A stretch of DNA of 64,000 bases from Magallana gigas (taxonomy: Eukaryota). The position numbers were made by a program, and so were the translations under genes. The notes beneath the pieces are model-generated. The model did not search any database, was not told where the DNA came from, and worked only from the letters and a program-made list of their open reading frames with translations. Shown piece by piece: positions 1-12,210 of the stretch (position 1 is the first letter of the stretch; every line of letters begins with the position of its first letter). Location: positions 37,820,001 to 37,884,000 of the forward strand of contig NC_088859.1 in assembly GCF_963853765.1 (NCBI RefSeq), given 5' to 3'.

Positions 1-10
1 TATATTTCAG

Positions 11-1964
11 GAATCACCTATGTTGGCTTGACCTTTCAAATAGGTAAATTATTTGGACCGATAGTACAGGTTTCCCATCCAAGCAAGTCTTTTCTTGTAC
101 TACTGCGGGATAATAGAGAATTATCTGTGACAATTCCACCAAAGTCATTTCTAACCAACGTGTGGGTAAGAATTAACCAAATCTTTTTCAGATCACTGAT
201 GACAAATGATAACCATAATATTTCAAAAAGCCTTTTGCCTCCAAACCTCAAACAATTTTCAAATTGTGTTCATAAATACATCTTCCACACATATATTTTG
301 CTACAGAAGAAAATCAGCGCTAAGTAACGCATTCTCTCCCTCACATGTTTATTCCAGAAATGTAGCCAGACTTTGGGTTTCAGTGGAGATCTAGTGGACA
401 GTGATTGTGATGGGAGTGCAGACGAAGACAGGGATATCACAACAGGTAAGGAAACTCAGGAAGTGAGTATATTTCAACATTTTATCAATACCCTTATTGA
501 AAAAGTGTCAATACACTGCAATATTCATTTGAGGATAACCCGTGATTCTTTTTTACTGTAGGATCTGAGCCCTATGACTTGGCAGGGTACACGCAAGGTA
601 TTAATTTATCATTTTAGTTAACTGCAATTACATTAATTAAGAATTTGATTGATAAATACACAGTCATATAAACTTTAATAAAATATTTTAATGTTATTTT
701 CAGGATTAAAACCTGCAGGCGAAATCCGTTTTGCAAATTGTATTGCAAAATCAAACAATGATTGGGATGATGGTGGACCAACCATTCCTTTTATTGATGA
801 AAATGGGTTAGTGTAAAAGTTAAATGCTTTACAGACACATTATGAACTCAAGTCGAGGAATTTACTCGCATTGAGAGGACTGGGTGGTGGTGGCCATTTT
901 AATACTATGTTGATCCCCTGGGAAAGAAGAGCTTTGTACAAAGATATTCGAGAATACTCAAATTTATGGAATTTTTCTGTACTAGAATATAGTTAATAGC
1001 TAAATATGTCATTAGGTAGATCTAATGGTTATTTAGTGGCCACCCAGCCTCCATACGCTCTTTTATGTCGTATCTTATTTACTTGACAGGTGCCCAGTGG
1101 ACAGTGAACTGTTCTCTATAAATGCAACCTTCTCCGAAATAACTGCAAACAGACTGCATTATCCGAGACTCTTTTCATCCGGGTATCTAGAGAGCGCTAG
1201 ATTTTCCGGAAGTACTGATGTGTACTTTCAATGTCAAGTTCTTCTCTGCTACGATTACACAGGAAAATGTTTTGAGGTAAATGTTAGTCCAAATATATAT
1301 TTACGGTCAAATATGTGTACATATACTAGTATCTTTTATATTTTCACTAAATGACAAGTTTAAGAATGCTTTTCTATGTAGAATGCATGTGGAGTTGGTT
1401 CTGGATATATCGGGAACAAATATGACCGGATGTACGTAGAACAGAAGTTGAAAGTGTTATATAGCACGGAAAAACCCCTCCGTCGTAAACGTGAAGGTGA
1501 GATATCGACGTAAGAACTAAAATTATGTAAGTGGAAAGGGGTGTTAACTAAAGACTGACGAGTAGTGACGAAGTAGCAATATGTAGTTAATAGCGCTTTA
1601 TATCTTACTGGTAACCTGGAAAGGAAACAAAAATAAATACTTTCATGAAAACCGTAGAAAAATAACTAAAAGCTTAATAAGATAAGAATAATGGTGATCA
1701 AGGAAAAGCATGTGTCTTTTAACTCCAATGGTTAACTTCACCCACGATTTTTAAGACGCTGTTATTCTTGCAGACACCAGCAGCAGTGGACCGGAAACAA
1801 GCACGGATACATACGTCATCATATGTGTGACGTCCTTCATTCCCCTGGTGCTGTCTTTGGCCGTCACGCTGGTTCTCTACAGAAAATTTCTTTTCCTGAT
1901 TGATGAAACGATGAGTCATTCCTCTCGTGGACTGCAGCTGGGATCAAACAGCAATAGGCTCTAA
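11..1964 (+). CDS. 3' part of a multi-exon gene for a single-pass membrane protein with a DxDCDGxxDE motif, ZP-C (zona pellucida C-terminal) domain, furin site and TM helix; 5' end lies outside the window
   Basis: Phase-consistent AG/GT exons 11-165, 358-445, 562-597, 704-806, 1090-1276, 1382-1496, 1774-1964 (TAA 1962-1964). Translation includes DSDCDGSADED, IRFANCIA...PFIDENGCPVD, ARFSGSTDVYFQCQVLLC (ZP-C signature), RRKR (furin site typical of ZP proteins) and the hydrophobic segment YVIICVTSFIPLVLSLAVTLVLY. Confidence 0.85.
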
Positions 1965-3244
1965 GCAAAAAATGACATCAGAGGGAAGCTCACCACAAGA
2001 TGTCACTAAGCGGCCCGTCCATCGAGTCCACGGGGGGACAACTGTTTGATCACAATGAAGAACACGAATCGTAATGTCTAAAAGACTTTATTTATTTGAA
2101 AAGGGTCTATAGGCGATGGTTCATATGAATCGATACCACGATCGTAGTTTTGAATTTGTCAGGTCTTTTTATGTACATAGTGCTTATTTGGTTGTGGATT
2201 CACTATGCTTCCAGATACATTGAATGTTAGGAGGATGTTTCTGTTATTGTTACAAACATGGCAACTATAATTTATTTGTATGTACATTTTTGTTGATGTG
2301 TGTTGATTGTGTACACAATAAAGCTCATTAGTCATTAGGTTGCCTTGTTCTCCAGTTCTTTGACCATCCAATTAAAACCTATTAGAAACCATGAAGAGTT
2401 GGCGACTTAAGAATATCGCTGTTTAGATCAGCTCATCAGAGATTTATATTAAATCTGTTTTAAAGTAGCTTTGCAAGAATCTGTGACCTTGGAGGAAAAC
2501 GAGCACAGAACTCTCTTTATAATCGTATTCATATAGGATCGGTTTAAGCTGCGTGTACTTCATTAATTCTTGAAGAACGAAAAAACGAACACGTATGCAT
2601 ATAAGATGGAGTAAGTATGCAAGTACCTTGATTTAAAATAAAAGTTACATACATGAAATAATTTTTTGTTCATTTTTCCACCCTCTGTAGATAAGAAGGT
2701 TCGATAAACATGTACATGTATAAAGATATTTTCATTGCTTGATAGGCCTCGGTTTTCTGATTACATCTACATCTGAATATTAAAGAGCATTAGATTTCTT
2801 GCAATGCATAAAAGCACAGTAATGACATCTTCTTTATTTGTATGCATTCCTTTTCAACGTGTAAAAATAATGACATTTGATGAGATGTTACATATATTAG
2901 TATACACTGATTTACAACATTTATGCGGGTGGGTGTCGCTAAGAAAAAAAATGTGAGACATTCTTTAGAAACATTAAGCACTGTGTTTAAATTGGTCTGC
3001 CTCCAAATCGATCTTCTCTCAGTCCTCAAGAAAATGAAATTTAAATACCAGATTCATTTCGTGGGTAAATAATTATTTGAACTTGAAGCTTATCGTTCAG
3101 AACGAGAAGAAATGAGTTGGAGTACATCCACTTGAACTTAGGTTTTTAATAATAATAAGTATAAAAACAAATCTTGACATTGCGAAACATATCCACCATC
3201 AAAGAATAACAGACTGAGCGCTAAGATAAATCAAAACGAAAACA

Positions 3245-4369
3245 TTAAGGTAGTTCTATCTCTTCCTCGTCCTTTTCGAATTTTTCTTGTTCATAGAGAA
3301 TTTCCTCTAAATTGTACACTCTTATAATATTTCTGTCACTTCCAGTAAAGTTATGAGACACTATCAGTGTTTTTTCTAATGGTTGGGTACAGATATGGAA
3401 AGGAAGTTTTCCTTCGTCAGACACCAAAGTTCCAACGTCCATTCCATCTTTTGTAATCATGTGTATCTTGGCATATCCAATACTAACCACAAACAATAGA
3501 TTGTCACATTCAGCAATTCCCCCGACGGACGCAGGGACGGGACACTCCCAAATCACCTCACCCGTAAAAGACACGCTCAGAAGTTTGGTTCCGTTTACAT
3601 AGTCTCTGTCTGAGATGTAGAAACGGTCAAGATCCGAGTCTAAAAGCAGCGTAAAGCCAGGAGTTATGGCTCTGTTTGCGATAGTTTTCAAGTCGATCGC
3701 TTGCATTTCGTCACACGAAAGGTGGAAAATCTGAACTTGATGATCGGAACTCATGAGAACCCCGATGTATTTGCCATTTGAGTGAACTGCAAAACCCGTA
3801 TGGTTAATTTCCACTTCTTCCTCCATCTTTGGAACAATGGTTTCATCTTCGTTGGTCTCTACGTCCCAGTACTGGAGTTTTTTCCCTGCTATCGTGGCGA
3901 AAGATTTCTCGGACACCACTGTGACTCCAACACAATCTCGAGTTACGGGTACTGTCCATTTCAGCTCTAGATTATTGTCAAACAGCTTCAACATCCTGTT
4001 TTCCACATCTGCCACCAGGGTACTGACCTCGTTTGTGAACGCTGACAACCCTGTGACCTTGCAGTCCTTTTCCTCTGGTAGTTTCACCGAAACTTCCTTC
4101 AGTAGAAGCGTGGACATTTTGATAGCGTCTTTATCAGCCTTGTTCTCCTCGTCGTCGCTATCCTCATACGTGTAGTCGCTATCTTCTTCTTTCGTGGGTT
4201 CCTGCTTCACTAAGCTTGAAAAATTTCGATGGCCTAACTGTCCTTTATGTTTTTCGGAACAAGCATCGCACATTGGTATACGGCAGTCATTGCACATGAG
4301 ACTGGCGGTCTGTCTAACTCGCCTAGTCCAACAACTTTCACAATTGTGCGTAATGATATACGAAGACAT
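3245..4369 (-). CDS. B-box zinc finger + acidic linker + NHL-like beta-propeller protein (TRIM-NHL-related), copy 1; intronless CDS
   Basis: 374-aa ORF. N-terminal CESC...CNDCRIPMCDACSEKH...GH is a B-box pattern. It is followed by a D/E-rich linker and propeller-like repeats (VTGLSAF...LVADVENRMLKLFD, FYISDRD...LLSVSFTGEVIWE). Candidate 5'UTR intron 4472-4887 (acceptor tctccacag, donor ccag|gtatgg on - strand). Confidence 0.8.
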   Translation of the reverse strand: MSSYIITHNCESCWTRRVRQTASLMCNDCRIPMCDACSEKHKGQLGHRNFSSLVKQEPTKEEDSDYTYEDSDDEENKADKDAIKMSTLLLKEVSVKLPEEKDCKVTGLSAFTNEVSTLVADVENRMLKLFDNNLELKWTVPVTRDCVGVTVVSEKSFATIAGKKLQYWDVETNEDETIVPKMEEEVEINHTGFAVHSNGKYIGVLMSSDHQVQIFHLSCDEMQAIDLKTIANRAITPGFTLLLDSDLDRFYISDRDYVNGTKLLSVSFTGEVIWECPVPASVGGIAECDNLLFVVSIGYAKIHMITKDGMDVGTLVSDEGKLPFHICTQPLEKTLIVSHNFTGSDRNIIRVYNLEEILYEQEKFEKDEEEIELP

Positions 4370-6240
4370 TGTAAAGGATAGGGATTATACACACCACTTT
4401 CAATGTCTTGATAGATTAGGTTTCTATTTGATTAGGCCTGTTTTATTTAAACATCATTTATTCTTTTGTACCTGTGGAGATAAATAGGTAAACGTGTTTA
4501 GGCCTTGTTACCTAGCTATACTTACATAACGAAATTCAATATCTTTCCTATCTGAAATTGAATTTAAATCCGCGAGGATTTTAAAAACTTTTGACAGTAA
4601 ATGATAAGAACGAAATTAATTTCAAATTTTAACCCAAGAACTATGAAAATATGCCGGTAGTTTATGAATGTGAAACTTTAAACTTCAGAGCATATTAATA
4701 AGTTAGGTGATTTAAACATTTATTTCTTACCAAGAATAGAGCCTTCATGCACATTCTTGAACGTTCCACCGGGTTTTGTTTTTCGATGGTTGGTTTGTTT
4801 TCAGCTGTCATCGTTGATTGTTATGTTGAGTAATAAACAAGGACACCTGGTTTGCATGTAAGAGTGAATGGCTAGAACTGGCCATACCTGGATACAATGC
4901 GGGGTGCAGTAAGTTTTGGAGGGATTACAACACACGACCCCGGATTGCACATAAACAGTTTAAATGGAAACAATAGAAATCATTAGACACAAATGGTTTG
5001 TTTGTAAGCTTAGGTAAACCTTCGTTAATCCTTTTCGCTAGATCAGGTTTTATTTTCTTAGGACTTATAATGAAAAAAATCAATTTCATATTTATAATAT
5101 AGTCCCAATGAACTTCGATATGACCAGATGAATCTTATTAAATTACTTTCATCAGGACAGTAAACATTTTAAGAATAAATGTAATTCACATAGATTTCTT
5201 AATTTCATTATATAAACGTTATCGGACAATTTCAGTATAAAAAAAAACCCCACACTTTTAAAATCCATCCATAGATAGTTCAACGTATTTTGTCTCTTAC
5301 ATTGAATATGCTACACACTCAACGTCAGTGCGGGTAGATGTCATTAGATATGCAATGACTGTGTCCTATTATTGATAAACATCAAATACGGTTTTAACAT
5401 TAATCTGGCTCCAATCTGCTCTTATCCTTCAGAAAATGAAATTAAATAACAGTTTAATTTTGTTGATAATTAGTTATAATATACCGCCAGGGAGCGACAG
5501 CTTAAATACTAATTGACAGTATTACACAGAGGTGTGTTTCTATCGGGTGTAACATGTTTTTAAAGATAAAAAAAACTAAGAAATTATAACCATAACATGA
5601 AAACTAGTGTTCCTATACAATAATAAATAGAAGGCGACATATTCAGCATAAAAACTAAAACAAAATTTATTAGGCGATTTTCTTCAGAAATGTAATTATT
5701 TCCGACCCTTTGATCGTGTTAAATTTTAATCAGATGCAGCAGATCATACAAGGAATTAAACTTAACGCGTATAGTTCTGGTTTGTAATTTATTGTTAAGC
5801 ATACCGCAATATTATTGTCGAACACATTGTGATAGCGATAATCTAGATGTTTGTATTTTTAAAATTTTGTTCGAGTTTACGTCTCTTAAATGTTTTTAAC
5901 ATGTATATAAATAATAAAGTCTTTATATTGTTCTGTCTATCTATAAGTTTTGGGAGGAAATCACTTTATTTATATGTCCGAGCGATGAATTACCATGAAG
6001 AGGTTTACACTGCTATAAATAGAGTTGCTATTAACGTCACATAATGTTCATTTCAATATTCTTTATGTTAAATCCACCTTTATTTTGAGTAAGATAAAGT
6101 GGCTGCGCTATTCTAAAGACGCTTGCATCCATTTGAATTTCGCGAAAGAAAAAAAGTCAGAGGACATCCACTTGATTTTCTATTTTGATTAACACTGAGT
6201 ATATATAAACATATTTTGAGATTGAAGCACACACCCACCA

Positions 6241-7122
6241 TTAAAGAATGGCCCCTTGTTCCATCATCCCACTGAGCTCTTCATATTTTTTATGCAGGTA
6301 GAGACTTTCCTCTAAATTGTACACTCTTATAATATTTCTGTCACTTCCAGTAAAGTTATAAGACACAAACAATGTTTTTTCAAGTGGTTGAGTACAGATA
6401 TGGAAAGGAAGTTGTCCTTCGTCAGTTACCAAATTTCCAATGTCCATCCCATCTTTTGTAATAATGTGTATCTTGGCATATCCGATGCTAACTACAAACA
6501 GCAGATTGTCACATTCAGCAATTCCCCCGACGGACGCAGGCACGGGACACTCCCAAATCACCTCACCCGTAAAAGACACGCTCAGAAGTTTGGTTCCTTT
6601 ATCATAGTCTCTGTCTGAGATGTAGAAACGGTCAAGATCCGAGTCTAATAGCAGCGTAAAGCCAGGAGTTATGGTTCTGTTTGCGATAGTTTTCAAGTCA
6701 ATCGCTTGCATCTTGTCACACGAAAGGTGGAAAATCTGAACTTGATGATCGGAACTCATGAGAACCCCGATGTATTTGCCATTTGAGTGAACTGCAAAAC
6801 CCGTGTGTTTTAATTGTACTTCTTCCTCTATCTTCGGAACAATGGTTCCATCTTCGTTGGTTTCTATGCCCCAATACTGGAGTTTTTTTCTCGCTATGGT
6901 GGCGAAAGATTTTTCAGACACCACTGTGACTCCCATGCAATCTCGAGACACATGAACTTTCCATTTAAACTCATATTTATTGTCAAACAGCTTCAACATG
7001 TTGTTTTCCACATCTGCCACAAGGGTACTAATCTCGTTTGTGAACGCTGACAACCCTGTGACTTTGCAATCCTTTTCCTCTGGTAGTTTCACCGAAACTT
7101 CCTTTAGCAGAACTGTGGACAT
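6241..7122 (-). CDS. Tandem paralogue (copy 2): beta-propeller-only ORF lacking the B-box
   Basis: 293-aa ORF collinear with copy 1 from MSTLLLKEV onward, with long identical blocks (LDSDLDRFYISDRDY, FTGEVIWECPVPASVGGIAECDNLLFVVSIGYAKIH). ATG context is atcaaaATG and there are no internal disablements. Confidence 0.7.
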   Translation of the reverse strand: MSTVLLKEVSVKLPEEKDCKVTGLSAFTNEISTLVADVENNMLKLFDNKYEFKWKVHVSRDCMGVTVVSEKSFATIARKKLQYWGIETNEDGTIVPKIEEEVQLKHTGFAVHSNGKYIGVLMSSDHQVQIFHLSCDKMQAIDLKTIANRTITPGFTLLLDSDLDRFYISDRDYDKGTKLLSVSFTGEVIWECPVPASVGGIAECDNLLFVVSIGYAKIHIITKDGMDIGNLVTDEGQLPFHICTQPLEKTLFVSYNFTGSDRNIIRVYNLEESLYLHKKYEELSGMMEQGAIL

Positions 7123-7352
7123 TTTGATGGCCCTCTTATTTGTCTGGCTATTTTTGACGTCGTTATCCTCTTTTGTGTTGTCTGTATTTCCTCTTTCGTT
7201 GTAATTCCTGCTTCACATAGCTCCAAAAATATTGCAGACCTAACTGTCCTTTATCTTTTTAGACTAAGCATCGCCAGTAAGTATACAGCAGTCGTTAAAT
7301 GAGGAACGTATCCAACAACTTTCACAATCGTGCATATAATATAGGTAAACAT
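7123..7352 (-). pseudogene. Decayed B-box/linker segment of copy 2
   Basis: Aligns to the copy 1 5' CDS. It has the ancestral ATG at 7352, a 1-nt deletion after codon 5, a ~18-nt deletion in the B-box, GAT GCT TGT changed to GAT GCT TAG, and further stops and frameshift before ATG 7122. Confidence 0.8.
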
Positions 7353-7363
7353 TATGAAGGATA

Positions 7364-8426
7364 TGTATGGCAGGCCAAATTCACAAAAATAAGCTAAACA
7401 TAGTTTCACTGAAAGTTGATAAACTATGTTTATCGACTGTAATCTATTATATACTAAAAGTTAAAGGATCGTTGTACTAAGCTGTAGATAACAAGGTTCA
7501 TATATTATTCCAAATTGTAACCATGGCAAGACAATAATCTGTAACTCATACCAAAACAATTTTGCAACTGTAAACCATAAGTTTTTCTGATACAGCTTTA
7601 CAATTTGTGCAATATGGTTTTTTACTTCTAACTAAAATTAATTAACAAATGTTAATTAAAGTTTACAATTTGTAAATTATAGCTATAGTTATTATCGATA
7701 TTGATATAAAGATAAGATAAATTATAGTTTTACATTTGAAAAACACAGTTTAAGACGGGATATCTGGTTTTGTATCAGAGATGCACGATTGCTTGGGTGA
7801 CTGTTTCACGACTCTAACCTATAGTTTACAAAATCATGTTTCATAATAGCTTTGTTCCTAAATAATAGATAGGTTCCTCAGGCGTTTAATTAAAAAATCA
7901 AAATTCACTAGTTTTTAGATTCATAAACTTTATGTAAAACGGTTATTAACTATAGGTACTAATGGGAACTCTAGTTTGTGGAAACAAACTATGATTAACA
8001 AATGTAATTCATAGTTTATATCTTAAAACTATATTTTACGATATAACGTTTGTTTGTGTTTGTTAGTAAAACTAACAGCTAGCTTTAATTTACGATCGAT
8101 GATTATAATTAACGAATTTAAAACATAATTGATCTGATAGATACTGTGTGATTAACAACGGATTACCATAGTTAACGGATATAGATAATAGTTACATGTA
8201 ACATCAGATGTGAATGTATATTTATCTACCAGGAACGTTTATTGTTAACGTTTATTTATAGGAGGAAAAACTTGAATTATTTTGTTTGCTACCGTCAGCT
8301 ATACTTTTTTGTCCAAATTATTATATAGTTAGCAATCTGTTAATGTTAGTTTTTACGGTTTGGAAAACTTGTTATGTAATTGTGCAGCTATTTAAGCTCA
8401 ATTTTGTTAATTTTGCGCTCCATACA
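7364..8426. mobile_element. ~1.06-kb non-autonomous DNA transposon (imperfect TIRs, TA target duplication) in the 5'UTR of B-box copy 2
   Basis: Left end TGTATGGCAGGCCAAATTCACAAAAATAAGCTA; right end reverse complement TGTATGGAGCGCAAAATTAACAAAATTGAGCTT. TA at 7362-7363 and 8427-8428. The block is absent from copy 1, whose 4437-4870 matches 8490-8870. Confidence 0.7.
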
Positions 8427-10166
8427 TAATGCTTATACACAAACCATCCGGTGTTCCACTTTACATGTAGATAGATCAATTGATGTCAGTTTTATTTAAA
8501 CATCATTTATTCTTTTGTACCTGTTGAGATAAATACCGGTTCCTGTTTAGACCTTGTTACCCAGCATATTGCATAACGAAATTCAATATCTTTACTGTCT
8601 GAAATAGTATTTAAAGCCTTGGCTAACTTTTGACAGTTAGATCAATTCAATTTTAACTAAAGAACTAGGAAGATACACAGGTAGTTCTACACCAGGAAAA
8701 TTAAACTTCGAAAGACGTACACCAGTAGTTTGGATTAAAGACCTATTTCAAGCACTAATGGAGTCATCATGCATATTCTTGATAGTTTCTCCAGGTTTTG
8801 TGTTTCTTTATAATTTGTTTGTTGACAGTTGTCATCTTGCATTGTTTTATTGAGTTATTGGAAGTGAGACTGAATTGATAGAGTAGTTCGATCTCATATT
8901 TCTATTACTGTCACAATGGTCTTAGTAAGTTCAGTCTATGTTTACAAATATGTTTTACTAATTAACAATTTTTATTGTCAATGAGTCTATGACTAATTAG
9001 TTATGGACTCATTGACAATTAAAAATTGTTAATTAGTAAAGGAAAAGAATAAGAAAATCATAATAAAAAGTTTCATATGTTTAAATATATTTCGCGTTGA
9101 TATCTTATTTTCAAAATACTAGTACATATAGATATGATCAAATTTCAATACAAGGGCAATCACTTTTTAAGATATAGGGAGACAGTGTTTTGTTCAATTT
9201 TGTACGGTGTTTAAAAAATGTACAAAAATTGATATATTTCTAGAGCATGGCAGACTTTTTTTTAAACGTTAAAGCATGCATAGATCTTGTAAGTTTTTGT
9301 CGTGTTTTTAATTACGTAAAAAGTCAATGTCACTGCTTTCTTGGTCATTGCCACTGCTTTCATAGAAATAAGTATGGCTGCAGGCACTCGATATGGTGGA
9401 GGCTGTCCTCTCCTTGCAGAGACATTTTTTTATGTTTTTATCTGTAAAATTTCAAGCACGGTGCTCTAGGGGTATTTCGAAGTGATAAATGAGATTTCGA
9501 GAAGAAAATAACTGTCTTGGTTTTTTGTCAAGACTTACAGAATATGTTTTTCCCTCCCCTACATCCTACCCACTTTAAAAAAAACACGATACTTTGAGCC
9601 GGGGTTTCATGTATAAAAGAGACTGTCACCATTCACTATGCCGTGTACATAAGTTAGTCTAGCCTTACGTAAATTCATTTTATTTTATCTAAGTTGAGGT
9701 CGTATATTTATGTTAATGTCAAAGCGTTATTGAGTTTTAAATGACAATGATATTACAATTCCTGGAAACATTTCTGTTTGAAATGTCGATGACAATGAAA
9801 GGGTTTTAAAAACTATTCCGACGAGTCCTTAATTGTTTGGATTTTAGTTGAGGTTCAGCAATACTTTTTCCCTTCAAAAGACATTCATTTTTTTTGTCAT
9901 AACAAGTTTTGAGCTTTGACTCCAAAAATATAGGTTTTTGTAAATACAAAAGGAAAACCAGTAATTTGTTATGAAAGAAATATATCAAACCTGTTTATCG
10001 GCGTCAAGTTATCCCTTTAGCAATGCATGTTTGAAAAATGAAATAACTGACTTCTTTGCAAATAGATTAACGTTAATCCTTAAAGTGTTACGCAGTACAT
10101 GTAAAATTAAATGTACATCTTGGATTTCGTCAAAATTCTTCAGCGTTTTCTTTTGTTAGCTATTAT

Positions 10167-10170
<4 letters not shown>

Positions 10171-10246
<76 letters not shown>
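10171..10246. repeat. Compound microsatellite (CT)22(GT)16
   Basis: Directly visible. Confidence 0.95.
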
Positions 10247-10247
<1 letters not shown>

Positions 10248-10468
10248 CTAGTGTCCCAGGGCTTGGTCTAGTTGATGAATAATGGCCTTGAATAAAAAAA
10301 TACTTCAAAAGGAAGAAATGAAATCCCCCTCCCGGGGACGAACGACGCTCAAGCGACAGTGCATCAGCATTCAGTCTAGGATCACGGATTTGTGATAAAC
10401 AGATAAGGTATTGTTTATAATTGTCCTTTACCCAAAAAATGAATTTCATTAGGAAAATTTTGATTTAT

Positions 10469-10611
10469 NNNNNNNNNNNNNNNNNNNNNNNNNNNNNNNN
10501 NNNNNNNNNNNNNNNNNNNNNNNNNNNNNNNNNNNNNNNNNNNNNNNNNNNNNNNNNNNNNNNNNNNNNNNNNNNNNNNNNNNNNNNNNNNNNNNNNNNN
10601 NNNNNNNNNNN
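10469..10611. other. Assembly gap (143 N)
   Basis: Run of n. Confidence 1.
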
Positions 10612-10754
10612 AGAACAATATTTAATTGTTTATTTCTGGAATATTTTAAGGTAAAATATTTTTTATCTTTACATAGTATTTGCGTCCAAGATCCTACCAT
10701 TTTCAGAAGGCCTGAAGTGTTTCATCACTATTGATTGCTAAACTTGTTTTTCAG

Positions 10755-12077
10755 ATGAATTTCAAAATTTTGCAATGCGGTGTTCTGTCCACTTTGTGTC
10801 TTATTCTATGTCCAAGTACAGTCCAATCACTGGAACCCATCGATAGGCCTCCCTTTTACCTCAATGAACGAGAGTGCATGGACATGTTTCCAGAATCTTT
10901 CAAAAAAGACGCCACCAATGCAAAGCTAAGGAAATCTGAAGAACCGTTCGATCTCTCTCTCGACAGGAAAGAATATAACCCAGATGCGTCTGTCACAGGT
11001 GACAAAGCTATAGTAAAATAATAAAGTACAAATACGTGCAGTATATTACGCTAGTATATGTAACATGTCAAATGAAGTAACTAGGTTCGTGTTGTCCTCA
11101 TCCTCTTTCATCTATGGCAAATATTTTGAAGCTTTGTGTTAGGAATTCAAACTAAATTTTATTTCAGTTAAAGTCTTTACAAAGGAGAGTTTCTTTCCTG
11201 AACAATCTATCTTTGGGATATTGCTGCAAGCCAGGGTGGCGAAGTGTGAGGGCAAGGATAATCAGAAAGCCATCGGAATATTTCAACGGACAGAACAACA
11301 GACAGACTTGGAGACTGTCAAGTGTGACAATTCACTTGCCAACGTAAGTCAAAGTCTCATACAAATACGTGCTTTTTTTTTTTTGAAAAATAACGTATTT
11401 ACATGATGTTTTTCCATGAGGAGTTGTGAACGACGAATATGGCATTATATAAAGATTCAGTTATAAAAAAGGGAAATAATAATCTGAGCAAAAATGATCA
11501 GTTTAAATCGATTTAATACTAGTATATGATTGTATATTGAACGTTTACCTTACATGTAGCTTTATTGCATTGATATTTGAATTAAATATATATCTTATAT
11601 TTTGTGGCAGGGGGTTGCTTTTAACGTCTTTGAAAAAGGTTTAGAAGAAGTGTCCATTAGCTGGACCCCACCTTCTGCATCGGAAACTCGGACTCTTTAT
11701 TTTGTGTAAGAACTTCAACAATGCTATAAATATAATAACAAAACTATCTGAAATACAGACTTTTGCAAAAGAAACTTTGTCGTTTTAACTTTAATTATGA
11801 TTTGTTAAAACATCATTCATATATATATATATATATATATATATAACATTAACTAACTTGTTTCTTGTATAGAGCAACAGTACTGGGAGTCAATGAAACC
11901 TTCTACACGAACATAGCAAATGGCTTCATTGTCCATCACTCTAGTAACCACTCGCTTGAACCCAAGATGTGTCCACTTCGAAGTTTCTTCCATGAGAGTG
12001 GGTCCATATGTCTCAGGGGGTCCGAGCACCTGGTCTCAGCTCTTCTGTCTGTGTTGCTGCTTCTATTCAGATCATGA
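10755..12077 (+). CDS. Secreted Reeler-domain protein (~239 aa) with signal peptide and probable C-terminal GPI signal
   Basis: Exons 10755-10998, 11168-11343, 11611-11705, 11873-12077 (720 nt, phase-consistent, GT/AG). N-terminal hydrophobic MNFKILQCGVLSTLCLILCPSTVQS. Reeler motifs IFGILLQAR, AIGIF, VSISWTPPS, LYFVATVL. C-terminal LVSALLSVLLLLFRS*. Confidence 0.85.
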
Positions 12078-12210
12078 AACTACGTGTTTCAATGCGAGAG
12101 ATGTGCAAAGATGGTCTTGCTACATATGAAATGTCTCTGGATTTATAACGCTGGGCCTCCAATTTATTCTTAGAACACTTTTATTATGTATTCATGGTAT
12201 AAAACTACAA

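Noticed and set aside
3782-7204. + strand ORFs overlapping the B-box/propeller genes
   Set aside because: Antisense shadows of the real - strand CDSs, with no recognisable motifs.
10156-10700. ORFs containing HTHTHT/RERERE or poly-X
   Set aside because: They arise from the (CT)(GT) microsatellite and the N gap.
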